Below, in pieces: positions 12,471 to 26,790 of a DNA stretch of 64,000 nt. Source of the DNA: Hemiscyllium ocellatum (Eukaryota); assembly GCF_020745735.1 (NCBI RefSeq), contig NC_083439.1, positions 2,790,001 through 2,854,000 of the forward strand, written 5' to 3'. Positions within the stretch are counted from its first letter, which is position 1; each line of letters opens with the position of its first letter. Made by a program: the position numbers and the translations under genes. The notes beneath the pieces were generated by a model, which was not told the DNA's origin, did no database searches, and saw nothing but the letters and a program-made list of their open reading frames with translations.

Positions 12471-13613
12471 AACATTTGCAAAAGGAGCAGAAATGGGCCA
12501 TTCAGCCCACCCCGCTCCAAGCCTATCCTGCCAGTTGGTAAGATCATGGCTGATGCATTTGTTTTTCAAGTTTCACATTCCTATCTTTGACTCCTTTGTC
12601 TAACAAGAATTGAGTTAAAATACTCAATGAATCCTCCTATCACCATCTTCTGAGGCAAAGAGAACCAAAGTCATGCAACCCTCAGACTAAAAGGATGATC
12701 CCTAATTTCTAAAAACTGATGCCTTGCTCTGACCCACAAAAGGTCATATCTTTGTCCACCTCGTCAAGACCATTCAGAATCTTATCAAACTTCAATCAAG
12801 TCCCCCCTCACTCTTCTAAGCTCCAGTGGAAACAAGGCCAGGTACCAGTCTAACTATTCCTCATAAAACAATCTATTCATTCCAGGTACCAGTTTGGTAA
12901 ACCCTCGCTGAACTATCGCCAATGCAGTTACATCCTTACTGCGGAGATCAAAACCACACACAGTTCTGTGTATCACAATATCTTTTATGTTTTAATTCCT
13001 CTTATAAAAAGGGAAGCATCTCATTAGCTTTCTGATTACATGCTGTACTTACAAACCAACTTTCTGGGGCTCATACACTGGAAAGCCTAAAACCTTCTGC
13101 ATTTTGGATTTCTGTGGTTATTCTCAATTTCAGTAATTCTCTGCTTTTCCTTTCTTTCCTGCCAAAGTGAACAATTTCATATTTTTCCACATAACTCCAT
13201 TGAATGAACTGGGGATCTTCAGTTCAGAACAGATCAGGCTAATGGGTAAACTAAAAGAGGTCTTTAAAATTATGAATGGGTTTGATAGAATATGGAGAAG
13301 ATGTATCCATTTGGAGGAGACCAAAACTAAGGTCCATAAATATAAGGTAGTCACCAATAAATTCAATAGGAAATTCAGGAGAAACTTACTTACTGAGTGA
13401 TGAGAGAACATGCAACTTGCTACCATCAGGAATGGCTGAGGAAAATAGGTTAGACATATCAAAGGGGAAAATGGGTGAAGGTATCATGGTCACTGACTAT
13501 TGTTCGAGAGACATCCGGTCATGGTTTAACCTGAGGGGAGAGGTTAAGAAGGAAAGCCCTTCCAGGTAACCTCGGCTGACATAGGAATTGAACCCACACT
13601 GTTGGCATCACTG

Positions 13614-13827
13614 TCAAGAAATGTTGTGCTGGAAAAGCACAGCCGGTCAGGCAGCATCCGAGGAGCAGGAAAGTCGACATTTTGAGCATAAGCTCTAATC
13701 CTGATGAAGAGCTTATGCTCAAAACATTGACGCTCCTGATCCTCAGATGCTGCCTGACCTACTGTGCTTTTCCAGCACCACACGTTTTAACTCTGATCTC
13801 CAGCATCTGCAGTCCTCACCGTCTCCT
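13614..13827. mobile_element. Palindromic Penelope pLTR-derived insertion inside an older SINE-like repeat
   Basis: ~80-bp inverted arms around CTGATGA; TSD TGTTGGCAWCACTG on both flanks. Confidence 0.8.
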
Positions 13828-14505
13828 TGTTGGCAACACTGTGTCACAGACTAGCTGTCCAAATTAACCAACCTGCCGAAAATAGATAGACATGTGAAAT
13901 AATGCACCCGAAGGAAATGTCGATGGGATCGGTTGAAGAATGGAATGCAGTGCATGTTTGAAGGGAGACTTTTGTGGATCATTAACACCACCAAAGATCA
14001 GGTTAGCAAGATGGTCTGTTTCTGTTGTACAAGATAAATTTGTTGTATTCAGAGGCACTGTCCTCAGCTAGGTAATTAAATAACATATCAAATCAGTCTA
14101 TTTCAAAGATTTGGCCTCACTTCCCATCCAGGAAGTCAGGACAGTTCCTAATTTCAACATCCAACAGTCTCTTTACTGATCCAGACTCCAGGTTGCATTT
14201 TCCTTCAGTGTAGAATTTTCAGGGGACTGTTGGGGAATATTTGCACAGGTAATCAAAAATATCACTTGAATGACATGCTGCATGACGTCGAGGAGGTGAG
14301 ATGCTAGAAATTAGCATTTTTTTTACATTTCTGCACAGAAAGAAACAACTAAAGATCAAACAACAGTTTCAATTTAACAGAAAACATAGAAATTAAATGA
14401 TGAAAATTGATCCACCCTGATATTAAATGTAAAGTCCACAACACAAATGTTTCCCACTTCATAAATCTAAGCAGCTTTGAGTTCCTTTACACTTCCATGT
14501 ATCAG

Positions 14506-14675
14506 AGCTGAAAATGTGTTGCTGAAAAAGCGCAGCAGGTCAGGCAGCATCCAGGGAACAAGAGATTCGATGTTTCGGGCATAAGCCCTTCGAGATTTGA
14601 CGATTGACCTGCTGCGCTTTTTCAGCAACACATTTTCAGCTCTGATCTCCAGCATCTGCAGACCTCACTTTCTCC
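14506..14675. mobile_element. Palindromic Penelope pLTR-derived insertion
   Basis: TSD ACTTCCATGTATCAG (14491-14505, 14676-14690); inverted arms. Confidence 0.85.
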
Positions 14676-15466
14676 ACTTCCATGTATCAGGTTACAACAC
14701 TGCTACAATTGTAGCCAATCTGTTAATATCGTGCATTTGTTTAAAAAAAATAAAACTTGCAGTAAAGAACAATAAACTATGGAATTTCCATGAAAATTGA
14801 CATCAGATCAACTTTGGTAAATTAATATGACAGTTCAGTTTCTGTGTGCTGGCCAAGATTCCAGATTTTATCTTACCTGTTATCCCTTTTTCATTTCTGT
14901 AGAATGGGGAGAGAACATGACCTCCAAGCAACTTACAGTGTTCAGAGAATCGACCCAAACACACACAAACAACCGCGCAGCCCCAGCCAGCTGCAAATCC
15001 AGCAACACTTTGAAGAACAATCCAGCACATTATACATTGAGAGCAAACTCCTTTTGGAATTCAATGATGCGTTACTGAAATTGGCTGATCTATACACCTC
15101 TCTTTGTACGCAGTGAGTTTCCTGTGGTAAGCAAACATTTCTATTTGCTGTTTTTAAACCAACAACTCATCTGTTTTATTGTTTGATGGAATTACAAAGA
15201 GAGGGGACCAGCTCTCCAGCATTTGATTGGAGTAGCTCTGAGTGGAAGTGAACCTCCGAGACAGTGCAGGGCGATGCATTTCAGATATTCACTGAAAGAC
15301 TGCAAACTCCAATCACTGACCAAGTCATGTTTTTATCGCACGACACCTGAGCCTGAGCGGGATTTATACATTCCAACTATTTGGAAATGTAATTCTTAGA
15401 ATTTTCATGCTTCTGAAAAGTGGAAAGAAGTGCAGCAAGCATGGACTCATCATTGTAAATTATAAA

Positions 15467-15765
15467 GGAGCAGCACGGTGGCACAGTGGTTAGCACTGCT
15501 GCCTCACAGCACCAGGGTCCCAGGTTTGATTCCAGCCTCTGGTGACTGTGTGGAGTTTACACATTTTTCCCGTGTCTGCGTGGGTTTCCTCCCACAGTCC
15601 AACGATGTGCAGGTCAGGTGAATTGGCCGTGCTAAATTGCCCATACTATTAGGTGCATTAGTCAGAAGGAAATGGGTCTGCGTGAGTTGCTTTTAGGAGG
15701 GTCAATGTGGACTTGTTGGGCCGAAGGGCCTGTTTCCACCCTGTAGAGAATCTCATCTAATTCTT
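15467..15765 (+). mobile_element. tRNA-derived V-SINE (HE1-like)
   Basis: A box TGGCACAGTGG, B-box-like GGTTTGATTCC, V-domain GTGGAGTTT..CTCCCACAGTCC..GATGTGCAGG, CR1-like tail. Confidence 0.85.
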
Positions 15766-16082
15766 ACTGCCTTGCTAATTGTATGGAGGGAATTGTTGTT
15801 GTAATTACCTTTAGCTTTTGTTGGAATTCTGACCTTTCAATAGTTTGAGGAGAGATGGAAGAACAATCCACATCTGGCCAATCCTGCAGCTGTGTATTAA
15901 ACCTGGGCCACAGGGCCACTGCTATCATCTTCACCCAATGTCCCCGAATGATAGAATGAACCAGCTAGTCACAGTGTTGTACAGCACAGAAACAGACCCT
16001 TCAGTCCAATTCGTCTGTGCTGACCAGATATCCTAAATTAATCTGGTCTTATTTGCCAGAACTTGGCCCATATCCCTCTCAA

Positions 16083-19000
16083 CATAGAGTCATAGAGATG
16101 TACAGCATGGAAACAGACCTTTCGGTCCAACCTATCCATGCTGACCAGATATCCCAACCCAGTCTAGTCCCACCTGCCAGCACCTGGCTCATATCCCTCC
16201 AAACCCTTCCTATTCATATACCCATCCAAATGCCTCTTAATTGTTGCAATTGTACCAACCTCCACCACATCCTCTGGCAGCTCATTCCATACACGTACCA
16301 CCCTCTGTCTGAAAACATTGCTCTGTAGGTCTCTTTTATATCTATCCCCTCTCACCCTAAACCTATGCCCTCTAGTTCTGGACTCCCTGACCCCAGGGAA
16401 AAGACTTTGCCCATTTACCCTAACCATGACCCTCATAATTTCATAACCTCTATAAGGTCACCGCTCAGCCTCCGACGCTCCAGGGAAAACAGCCCCAGCC
16501 TGTTCAGCCTCTCCCGATATCTCAAATTCTCCAACCCTGGCAACATCCTTGTAAATCTTTTCTGAATCCTTTCAAGGTTTACAACTTCTTTCCGATAGGA
16601 AGGAGAGCAGAATTGCACACAATATTCCACGGTGGCCTAACCAGTGTCCTGTACAGCCGCAATCCCTGCTGTATACTCTGTACTCTGACCAACAAAGGAA
16701 AGCAAACCAAACGCCTTCTTCACTATCCTATCTACCTGTGACTCCACTTTCAAGGAGCTATGAACCTGCACTCCATGATCTCTTTGTTCAGCAACACTCC
16801 CTAGGACCTTACCATTAAGTGTATAAGTCCTACTAAGATTTGCTTTCCCAAAATGCAGCACCTCGCATTTATCTGAATTAAACTCCATCTGCCACTCCTC
16901 AACCCATTGGCCCATCTGATCAAGATCCTGTTGTAATCTGAGGTAACCCTCTTCGCTGTCCACTACACCTCCAATTTTGGTGTCATCTGCAAACTTACTA
17001 ACTGTACCACTTATGCTCGCATCCAAATCATTTATGTAAATGACAAAAAGTAGAGGACCAGCACCGATCCTTGTGGCACTCCACTGGTCACAGGCCTCCA
17101 GTCTGAAAAACAACCCTCCACCACCACCCTCTGTCTTCTACCTTTGAGCCAGTTCTGTATCCAAATGGCTAGTTCTCCCTTAATTCCGTGAGATCTAACC
17201 TCGTTAATCAGTCTCCCATGGGGAACCTTGTCGAATGCTTTACTGAAGTCTATATAGATCACATCTACCACTCTGCCCTCATCAATCCTCTTTGTTACTG
17301 CCTCAAAAAACTCAATCAAGTTTGTGAGACATGATTTCCCACGCACAAAGCCGTGTTGACTATCCCTAATAGTCCTTGCCTTTCCAAATACATGTACATC
17401 CTGTCCCTCAGGATTCCCTCCAATAACTTGCCCACCACCGAGATCAGGCTCACTGGTCTATGGTTCCCTGGCTTGTCTTTACCGTCCTTCTTAAACATGG
17501 CACCACGTTTGCCAACCTCCAGTCTTCCGGCACCTCACCTGTGACTATCGATGATACAAATATCTCAGCAAGAGGCCCAGCAATCACTTCTCTAGCTTCC
17601 CACAGAGTTCTTGGGTACACCTGATCAGGTCCTGGGCATTTATCCACCTTTACCTGTTTCAAGACATCCAGCACTTCCTCCTCTGTAATATGGACATTTT
17701 GCAAGATGTCACCATCTATTTCCCTACAGTCTATATCTTTTATATCCTTTTCCACAGTAAATACTGATGCAAAATACTCGTTTAGTATCTCCCCTATTTT
17801 GTCCGGCTCCACACAAAGGCTGCCTTGCAGATCTTTAAGGGGCCCTATTCTCTCCCTAGTTACCCTTTTGTCTTTAATGTATTTGTAAAAACTCTTTGGA
17901 TTCTCCTTAACTATATTAGCCAAAGCTATCTCATGTCCCCTTTTTGCCCTCCTGATTTCCCTCTTAAGTATACTCCTTCTTCCTTTATACTCTTCTAAGG
18001 AGTCTATCTATCCTGTCTATACCTTATGTATGCTTCCTTTTTTTTCTTAACCAAACCCTCAATTTCTTTAGTCGTCCAGTATTCCCTATACCCACCAGCT
18101 GTTTCTTTCACCCTGACAGGAATATACTTTCTCTAGATTCTCGTTATCTCATTTCTGAAGGCTTCCTATTTTCCAGCCGTCCCTTTACCTGCGAACATCC
18201 ACCCTCAATCAGCTTTTGAAAGTTCTTGCCTGATACCATCAAAATTGGCCTTTCTCCAATTTAGAACTTCAACTTTTAGATCCAGTTTATCCTTTTCCAT
18301 CACCATTTTAAATCTAATGGAATTATGGTCACTGGCCCCAAAGTGTGTCCCCACTGACACCTCAGCACCTGCCCTGCCTTATTTCCCAAGAGTAGGTCAA
18401 GTTTTCCACCTTCTCTAGTAGGTACATCCACATACTGAATCAGAAAATCTTCTTGTACACACTTAACAAATTCCTCTCCATCTAAACCCTTAACACTGTG
18501 GCAGTCCCAGTCTATGTTTGGAAAGTTAAAATCCCCTACCATAACCACCCTATTATTCTGACAGAGAGCTGAGATCTCCTTACAAGTTTGTTTCTCAATT
18601 TCCTTCTGACTATTAGGGGGTCTATAATACAATCCCAATAAGGTGATCATCCCTTTCTTATTTCTCTGGATGTATTTCCGGGAATATCCTCCCTCAGCAC
18701 AGCTGTAATGCTATCCCTTATCAAAAATGCCACTCCCCCTCCTCTCTTGCCTTCCTTTCTATCCTTCCTGTAGCATTTGTATCCTGGAACATTAAGCTGC
18801 CAGTCCTGCTCATCCCTGAGCCATGTTTCCGTAATTGCTATGATATCACTGTCCCGTGTTCCTAACCATGTCCTGAGTTCATCTGCCTTCCCTGTTAGGC
18901 CCCTTGCATTGAAATAAATGCGGTTTAATTTATTAGTCCTACCTTGTCCCTGCCTGCCCTGACTGTTTGACTCACTTCTGTTCTCAACTGTACCCGTCTC

Positions 19001-20314
19001 AGATCGATCTCTTTCCTCACTATCTCCCTGGACCGCCCCCCCCCCCCCACTTTACTAGTTTAAATCCTCCTAAGCAACTCTAGCAAATTTCCCTGCCAGT
19101 ATATTAGTCCCCTTCCAATTTAGGTGCAATCCGTCCTTCTTGTACAGGTCACTTCTACCCCAAAAGAGATTCCAATGATCCAAAAATGTGAATCCTTCTC
19201 CAATACACCAGCTCCTCAGCCATGCATTCATCTGCTCTATCCTCCTATTCCTGCCCTCACTAGCTCGTAGCACTGGGAGTAATCCAGATATTACTCTCTC
19301 GAGGACCTCCTTTTTAAATTCCTGCCTAACTCTCTATAATCTCCCTTCAGAATCTTAGCCTTTTCCCTTCCTTTATCGTAGGTTCCAATGTGGACAATGA
19401 CCTCCTGCTGGCCCCTCTCCCCCGTGAGAACATTCTGCACCCTCTCTGAGACATCCTTAATCCTGGCACCAGGGAAACAACACACTATTCTGCTTTTTCG
19501 CTGCTGGCCCCAGAAACATGTCTGTACCTCGGACTAGAGAATCCCCTAACACAATTGATCTCTTGGAATCTGATGTACCCCTTGTTTCCCTGAGAATCCA
19601 TCACCTTCTACATTTTCCAAAACAGCATACTTGTTTGAAATGTGTATAGCCACAAAAGCTCCTGCTCTATCTGCCTACCTCTCTTACCCTTCCTGGTGTT
19701 AACCCATCTATGTGACTGTATCTGAGACTTTCCCCCCTTCCTATAACTGCCATCCATCGCATACTGTTGCTGTTGCAAATTCCTCATTACTTCTAACTGT
19801 CTGTCCAACCGATCCATTCGATCTGATAAGATTCGCAGCCAGCAGCATTTATGGCAGAGATAATTCGCAGTAACTCTTCAACTCTCTTTAAACTCCCACA
19901 TCTGACAAGAAGTACATATCAGCATCTCCAGCATCTGCAGACCTCACTTTCTCCAAGAAGCACATATCACTCTATTAAAGGCCATTTTATTCCTTCACAA
20001 TCTGCAGACACAGAAAATAACACCGTTTTATTCCTCTACAAACACGGCCCCAGGTTAAATTAATAGTTCTGGCTTATATTTTAAGTTTAACCAAGAGACA
20101 TATCTCCAAAAATATATAATCAAGAAAGAACCCACTCTACTCCCTGCTGCAGATTCTCTGTAAGCCACACTTACAGACAACAACTAACTTATCTGATTCT
20201 GTGCTGTGAACTTCACCCAACAGTTCCTCCTGGATTAGTTGTGAATTTCACTGTTTGTTAATTTTCCCAGATGCATTCCGACGTCCAGCGATAGATGAAT
20301 TCGAGCAGCAAAGT
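16083..20314 (-). mobile_element. Near full-length CR1 LINE (ORF1 Zn-finger + SGNH esterase; ORF2 APE + RT), frameshifted
   Basis: ORF fragments CFPGARIKDV/VHIGT/DGLHLN (esterase), YYRPPN/MVGDFNFPNIDW (endonuclease), DFSKAFDKVPH/GVPQGSVL/FADDTK (RT); 3' end with GACTCTAT repeat at ~16085. Confidence 0.92.
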
Positions 20315-21051
20315 AAACCCTTCCTACTCATGTATCCAGCCAGATGCTTATTAAACATTATAATTATACCAGACTCCACCACTTCCTCTGGCAGCTCGTT
20401 CCAAACAGATACCACCCTCTGTGTGAAAAAGTTGCCCCTTAGGTCCCTTTTATACCTTTCCCCTCTCACTGTAAAACTTTGTCCTCTAGTTTGGACTCCT
20501 CGACCCTTGGAAAAAGACCTTTTCTATTTTATCCGAACCATGCCCCTCATGATTTTATAAACCTCTATAAGGTCATCCCTCAGCCTCCGATGCTCCAGGG
20601 AAAACAGCCGCAGCCTAATCAGCCTCTCCCTATCGTTCAAATCCTCCAACCCTGGCAACATCCTTGTAAATCTTTTTCTGCATTCTTTCAAGTTTAACAA
20701 CATCTTTCCTGTAGTGGAGAGACCAGTATTCCAAAAGTGGCCTGACCAATGTTCTTCACAGCTGCAAAATGACATCCCAACTCCAATAGTCAATGCAATA
20801 GACAATAGGTGCAGGAGTAGGCCATTCAGCCCTTCGAGCCTGCATCGCCATTCAATATGATCATGGCTGATCATATGCACTGACCACTAAAGGCAAGCAA
20901 CCAAATACTTCCTCACTAATCTATCTACCTGTGACTCCACCTTCAGGTAACTCTGAATCTGCACTCCTTTTTGTTTGGTAACACTCCCCGGGACCCTACC
21001 ATTACGTGTATTAAATCCTGATCTGATTTTCCTTTTAAAAATGCAACAACC

Positions 21052-21912
21052 TCAGATTACAATTGATCTGATGGGCCAATGGGCTGAGAAGTGGCAGATG
21101 GAGTTTAATTTAGATAAATGTGAGGTGCTGCATTTTGGAAAGGCAAATCAGGGCAGGACTTATACATTTAATGGTAAGATCCTGGGAAGTGTTGCTGAAC
21201 AAAAGAGACCTTGGAGTGCAGCTTCATTGCTCCTTGAAGGTGGAGTCACAGGTAGATAGGATGGTGAAGAAGGTATTTGGAAAGCTTTCCTTTATTGGTC
21301 AGAGTATTGAGTACAGGAGTTGGGAGGACATGCTGCGGCTGTACAGGACATTGGTTAGGCCACCATTGGAATATTGCGTGAATTCTGGTCTCCTTCCTAT
21401 CGAAAAGATGTTGTGAAACTTGAAAGGGTTCAGAGAAGATTTACAAGGCTGTTGCCAGGGTTGGATGATTTGAGCTGCAGGGAGAGGCTGAATAGTCTGG
21501 GGCTGTTTTCCCTGGAGTGTCGGAGGCTGTGGGGTGACCTTATACAGATTTATAAAATCATGAGGGACATGGATAGGGTAAACAGACAAGGTCCTTTCCC
21601 TAGTGTGGAGGAGTCCAGAACTAGAGGGTTTAAGTTTAGGGTGAGATGGGAAAATTTTGAAAGGGGCTGAAGGGTCAACTTTTTTTACACAAAGGGTGGT
21701 ACATGTGTGGAATGAGCTGCCAGAGGAGGTGGTAGAGGCTGGTCCAATTACAACATTTACAAGACATTTGGATGGGTATATGAACAGGAAGGGTTTAGAG
21801 GCATATGGACCAAGTGCTGACAAATGAGACTAGATTAGGTTAGCGTATCTGGTTGGCATGGATGAGTTGGACTGAAGGGTCTGTTTCCGTGTTGTACATC
21901 TCTATGACTTTA
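21052..21912 (+). mobile_element. 5'-truncated CR1 inserted antisense into the older CR1
   Basis: WAEKWQMEFNLDKCEVLHFGK...LERVQRRFTR; CR1 3' UTR with CTCTATGAC tail. Confidence 0.88.
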
Positions 21913-24814
21913 TGTGACATTTATGTAAATTAAACTCAATCTGCATCTCCTCTGCCCAACTGATCAAGGTCTTGTTGTACTCTGAAACAACCTTCTTCAC
22001 TGTCCATTACACCACCAATTTTGGTATAATCTGCAAAGTTACTAACCATAACTCCTGTATTCGCATTCAAATAATTTATATAAATGACAAAAAGCAGTGG
22101 ACCCAGCACTGACACTGTGGCACTCCACTGGTCACAGGCCTCCAGTCTGAAAAACAACCCTCCACCACCACCAAGCCAACTTTGTATACAAATGGCTAGC
22201 CCTCCCTGGATTCCATGTGATCTAACCTTGCTAACTAGTTTACCATGCAGAAACTTGTCAAATATCTTGCTGAAGTACAATTATACCTGGGTAGAAATGG
22301 TTCTCCTTCAAGATGCTCACGTTCCCATTGGAAGAGAAGGTACCAGCCTCTCCTAAATTGAGTGGTCTTTGTCGTGTGAAAAAAAGAACAACGTTTTATC
22401 TGGAGTTGTTGCTCAGAGTGGGAACAAACCATAAATTCTGTCCAAGTTACCATAAAGTCAAGCACAGTCTATAATTTCACACTTAGATTTTCTAAATTCC
22501 AAAGCTGCATTTTGGGGTAATTTTCTTGTATTTTAATGCGTTACAAATGTTTTTTTTTTCAAAATCAAGTTCTCGGTGGAGAATATTAACCAATTATTTG
22601 GTTCGTCTTAGTGTTATTGGTAACCATTACTGACTGCCAATTTTTATCTGGAACCATTTTTTTGAGATTTGTGGTTTAGGATTTTCATTGCCCCCTGCAC
22701 ATATATCATCAGTCTGTCATCTTCTTGTGGTTCTGTTTATAGCAGGCTGATGACAAATAGTTTTATAATGACTGGTGTTCTGTACCAGTTGTCAGTGCCT
22801 CTGCAATTTCTACCCACTTCATCAAACTCCTCGGATCAGCTTGAGTTTAATTCCTTAGTCAGAAAGTCTTGCATGTTGTAAAGTGTGTGTCAGATTTAAC
22901 TTCAAGTGGATATGTGCTTGACATTAAGTATTTAGCGTGTTTGGTTCTGAATCAATATGTCCTTCAGTCTGTATGTGTCTCCATATTGTTTTCATGTTGA
23001 GATAGATATTTTAATAACCTTCTCTGTTTTTTTACACAGTAAACTGGGTTTGTGCTCCAACCCACTTTCTATGGGTCTTGTGACTGCTTCAGTAAAAATC
23101 AGAAAATGCTTCCTAACATTGACGTCCTAAACACTGTGGACAATCGTTGATGTCTCAATCTTTATGATCCAACTAAGTGACCCTATCCGAGTGAAGAAAT
23201 CTTTCTGGCAGGTGGTTAGCAGTAACTGGTACAAAAACAAAAAGTGCTGGAAGAGCTCAGGTGTGACCCCATCAGTGGAGAGAAATCAGAGTTAACGGTT
23301 CAGGTCCAGTCACCCTTCCTCAGAACTGGATTCGAAACATTAACTCGGATTTCTCTCCACAGATGGGGTCAAACCTGCCGAGCTTCTCAGCAATTTTTGT
23401 TTTTGTTTCTGATTTATGGCATCAGTAGCTCTTTCAGTTTTTATTTAGCATTAACTGGTGTCAGTCTGAAGCTGTCAGAATGTAACTTCCGAGAGATGCA
23501 ATTCTGTGCTTGTGGAGAGTGGGGTATGAGTAGTGTTATACCCCCTCAAAATATATTCAGAAGCCGAGACCCTGACGTTTTCTTATTTTAAAAGCAAGTG
23601 CCAGGCTGTGTGTTCTGGATACGATTTGATCGATCAGATTACTAATCTTGAAGCAAAGATTTATTCATGCACTATAGTTAAAATAAAACAACAGAAAGAA
23701 ATTGGCATAAGAACTCCACTGATTTGTTTTTGATGTTATTGTCACATGTATCTTACAGTAAGAATCAAATGGTGAAAAGCTTTCATTTGATGCCACAAAG
23801 CTGCCTTACCAGCAGCACCAACATCCTGAGGATGAATTTTTAAGTGGCTTTCCTGAAGACAAGTTTGGGCTCAGGCCCTGATGACTTCTACAAATCAAAA
23901 GCTTTTGGGATACAAGCCTTTATTATGAGAAGAGTTGAATTGAGAAGCAAGGATGAGAGCCTCTTGTGGACAGAGATAGTGTCCCTACCACTGAACCAAG
24001 AGACCAGGGTTCAACTCCTAACTGCTCCGGAGGTGCCTACAGGAAAAGAGGCCGTAAACAAGGATATTCTGCTTCACTTGTACCAGGCATGGTGAGACCA
24101 CATCTCCCAAAACGGGTAGCTTGGCCTCTTTATTTTAAGGAAAGATGTGTATCCATTGGGAGTGTTTCAGAGGCAATTTATTTGATTGATACCTGGAACA
24201 AGCATGTTTTTAATAAGTAAAGGTTGGAGAGACCGGGCTTGTTTCCACTGGAGTTTAGATGAGTATGGGTAACTTGATTGAACTTTACCATGTCCTGAAC
24301 ACAAGGCTGACACAGAAGGGTTGCTTCCACTTGTGGGTGAAGCCATTGATAGGGGCCACTATTTAAAATTAGGGGTGACACTTATAAAACAGATCAGAAT
24401 TTATTTTTTCTGACTTTAACACCTGCTGCAGTGCAGGTAGAAAATTCTTTAATTCCCTGTTGTTGACAATCGGGTCGGATACAAGGGTGAGGAGCTACAG
24501 CGGTTGATGGCGTCTCTGGGATATGTATGACAAACAAGAGTACAGCAGTCGGAGAGGTCACAAGGTCACTACAGAGCCGCAGAACCTGTCAGGATACGTG
24601 AGTATATCGTTTCAATTACTTTTAGTCCCAGCTTTCTTCAGTTCCTGGAAGCAGTCGTAGTAGCATGAGGTTACATATTTGGGTGGTTGCTTTACCCAAA
24701 ACACTAGCTGGGTAGTGTCTCCCACCCATCCTCCTCCACCAACCAAAACAAAAGGTCTGTGCATCAATTGGTAAGGTGACAAGCATTTTCTTTTGTGTTT
24801 CATTTTTTTCAGCG

Positions 24815-24988
24815 ATTTGGGATTCCCTACAGTGTGGAAACAGGGGCCCACCAAGCCCACACTGACCCTCCGAAGAGCAACCCACACAGACCCATTCCCC
24901 AACATTTACCCCTGCACCTGACACTACGGGCAATTTAGCATGGCCAATTCACCTAACCTGTACATCTTTAGACTGTGGGAGGAAACCA
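24815..24988 (-). mobile_element. V-SINE (HE1-like) 3' half
   Basis: Reverse complement of the V-domain and tail. Confidence 0.75.
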
Positions 24989-24989
24989 T

Positions 24990-26790
24990 TGTAAGTTAGC
25001 CAGAAAATATCTAAAGAGAGGACTAAGAAGAGCCAGGAGGGGACATGAGAAGTTGTTGGGGGGATAGGAACAAGGAAAGCCCTAAGGCCTTCTATAGGTA
25101 TGTCAGGAATAAAAGAATGACTAGAGTAAGATTAGGGCCAAAGACTGTAGTGGGAAGTTGTATGTGGAATCGGAGGACATGGGAGGAAGTGCTTAATGAG
25201 TACTTTTCATCAGTATTCACATTGGAAAAGGGCGATGTTAGTGAGAATATGGAGATACAGGCTACTAGATTAATTGGGATTGCAGTTGACAAAGAGGCGA
25301 TTTTAGCAATTTTGGAAGATCTGAAAATAGATAAGATCCCTGGGCTGAATGGGATTTATCCTCGGATTCTCTGGGAAGCCAGGGAGGAGATTGCAGAGCA
25401 TTTGGCTTTGATCTTAATGTCATCATTGTCGACAGGAGGAGAAGATAGCAAATGTTCTTCCCTTGTTCAAGAAGGGGAGTCAGGACAACCCTGGGAATTA
25501 TAGGCCAGTGAGCCTTACTCCAGCTGTGGGGATGTGTTGGAAAAGGCTATAGGAGATAGGATTTATAATCATCTGGAAAGGAATAGCTGATTACAGATAG
25601 TCAACACGGTTTTGTGAAGAGTAGATTGTGCCTCACTAACCTTATTGAGTTCTTCAAGAAGGTGTCAAAACAGGTGGATGAAGGTAAAGTGGTTGATGTG
25701 ATGTATATGGATTTCAGTTAGGCGTTTGATAAGGTTCCACACAGTAGGCTATTATACAAAACACAGAGTTACGGGATTGAAGGTGATTTAGTAGTTTAGA
25801 TCAGAAATTGGCTAGCTGTAGGACGACAGAGGGTGGTGGTTGATGGGAAATGTTCATCCTGGAGCCGAGTTACCAGTGGTGCGCAACAAGGATCTGTTTT
25901 GGGGCCACTGCTGTTAGTCATTTTTATAAATTATTTGGATGTGGGTGTAGAAGGATGAGTTAGTAAATTTGTGGATGACTCTAAGGTAAGCAGAGTTGTG
26001 GATAGTGCTGAAGGATGTTGTAGGTTACAGAGGGACATAGATAAGATGCAGAGCTGGGATGAGAAGTGGCAAGTTGAGTTTAATGTGGAAAAGTGTGAGG
26101 TAGGTCACTTTGGAAGTAGTAACAGGAATGCAGAGTACTGGGCTAATGGTAAAGGTCTTGGCAGTGTAGATGAACAGAGAGATCTCGGTGTCCAGGTGCA
26201 TAAATCCCTGAAAGTTGCCACCCAGGTTGACAGGGTTGTTAAGAAGGCATATGGTATGTTGGCGTTTATTGGTAATGGGATTGAGTTTCGGAGCCATGAG
26301 ATCATGTTTCAGCTGTACAAGACTCTGGTAACGCTGCACCTGGAGTATTGCTTACAGTTCTGGTCACCGCATTATGGGAAAGACGTGGAAACTTTGGAAA
26401 GGGTTCAGAAGAGATTTACTAGGATGTTGCCTGGTATGGAGGGAAGGTCTTACGCATAAAGGCTGAGGGAACCGAGGCTGGTTAGATAGAATGGACAGTG
26501 AGAGCCTTTTTCCTTGGAAGCTGATGGCTAACATGAGAGGACATAGCTTTAAATTGAGGGGTGATAGATTTAGAACAGACATCAGGGGTAGTTTCTTTAC
26601 TCAGTAGTAGGGATGTGGAATGGCCTGCCTGCAACAGTAGTAGACTCGCCCTTGATAAGGGCATTTAAATGGGCATTGGACATTCATATGGATAATGATG
26701 GAACGGTATAGGTTAGAAGGGCATCAGATTAATTTCACAGGTCGGTGCAACATCGAGGGTTGAAGGGCCTGTACTGCGCTGTAATGTTCT
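24990..26790 (+). mobile_element. 5'-truncated CR1 LINE (second subfamily)
   Basis: RT-region ORF fragments (PKAFYRYVRNKR, KWQVEFNVEKCEV, LEYCLQFWSPHY) and 3' UTR. Confidence 0.88.

Larger units (their letters stand above)
15968..22280 (-). mobile_element. Older 5'-truncated CR1 split into 15968-16082, 20315-21055 and ~21918-22280 by later insertions
   Basis: Colinear CR1 sequence resumes across each insert (TATCCCTCTCAA|AAACCCTTCC; AAAATGCAACAACCTC|CATTTAT). Confidence 0.8.

Noticed and set aside
15467-15540. tRNA-like sequences (also at the other SINE heads)
   Set aside because: A/B boxes run directly into a SINE body and tail; no complete cloverleaf
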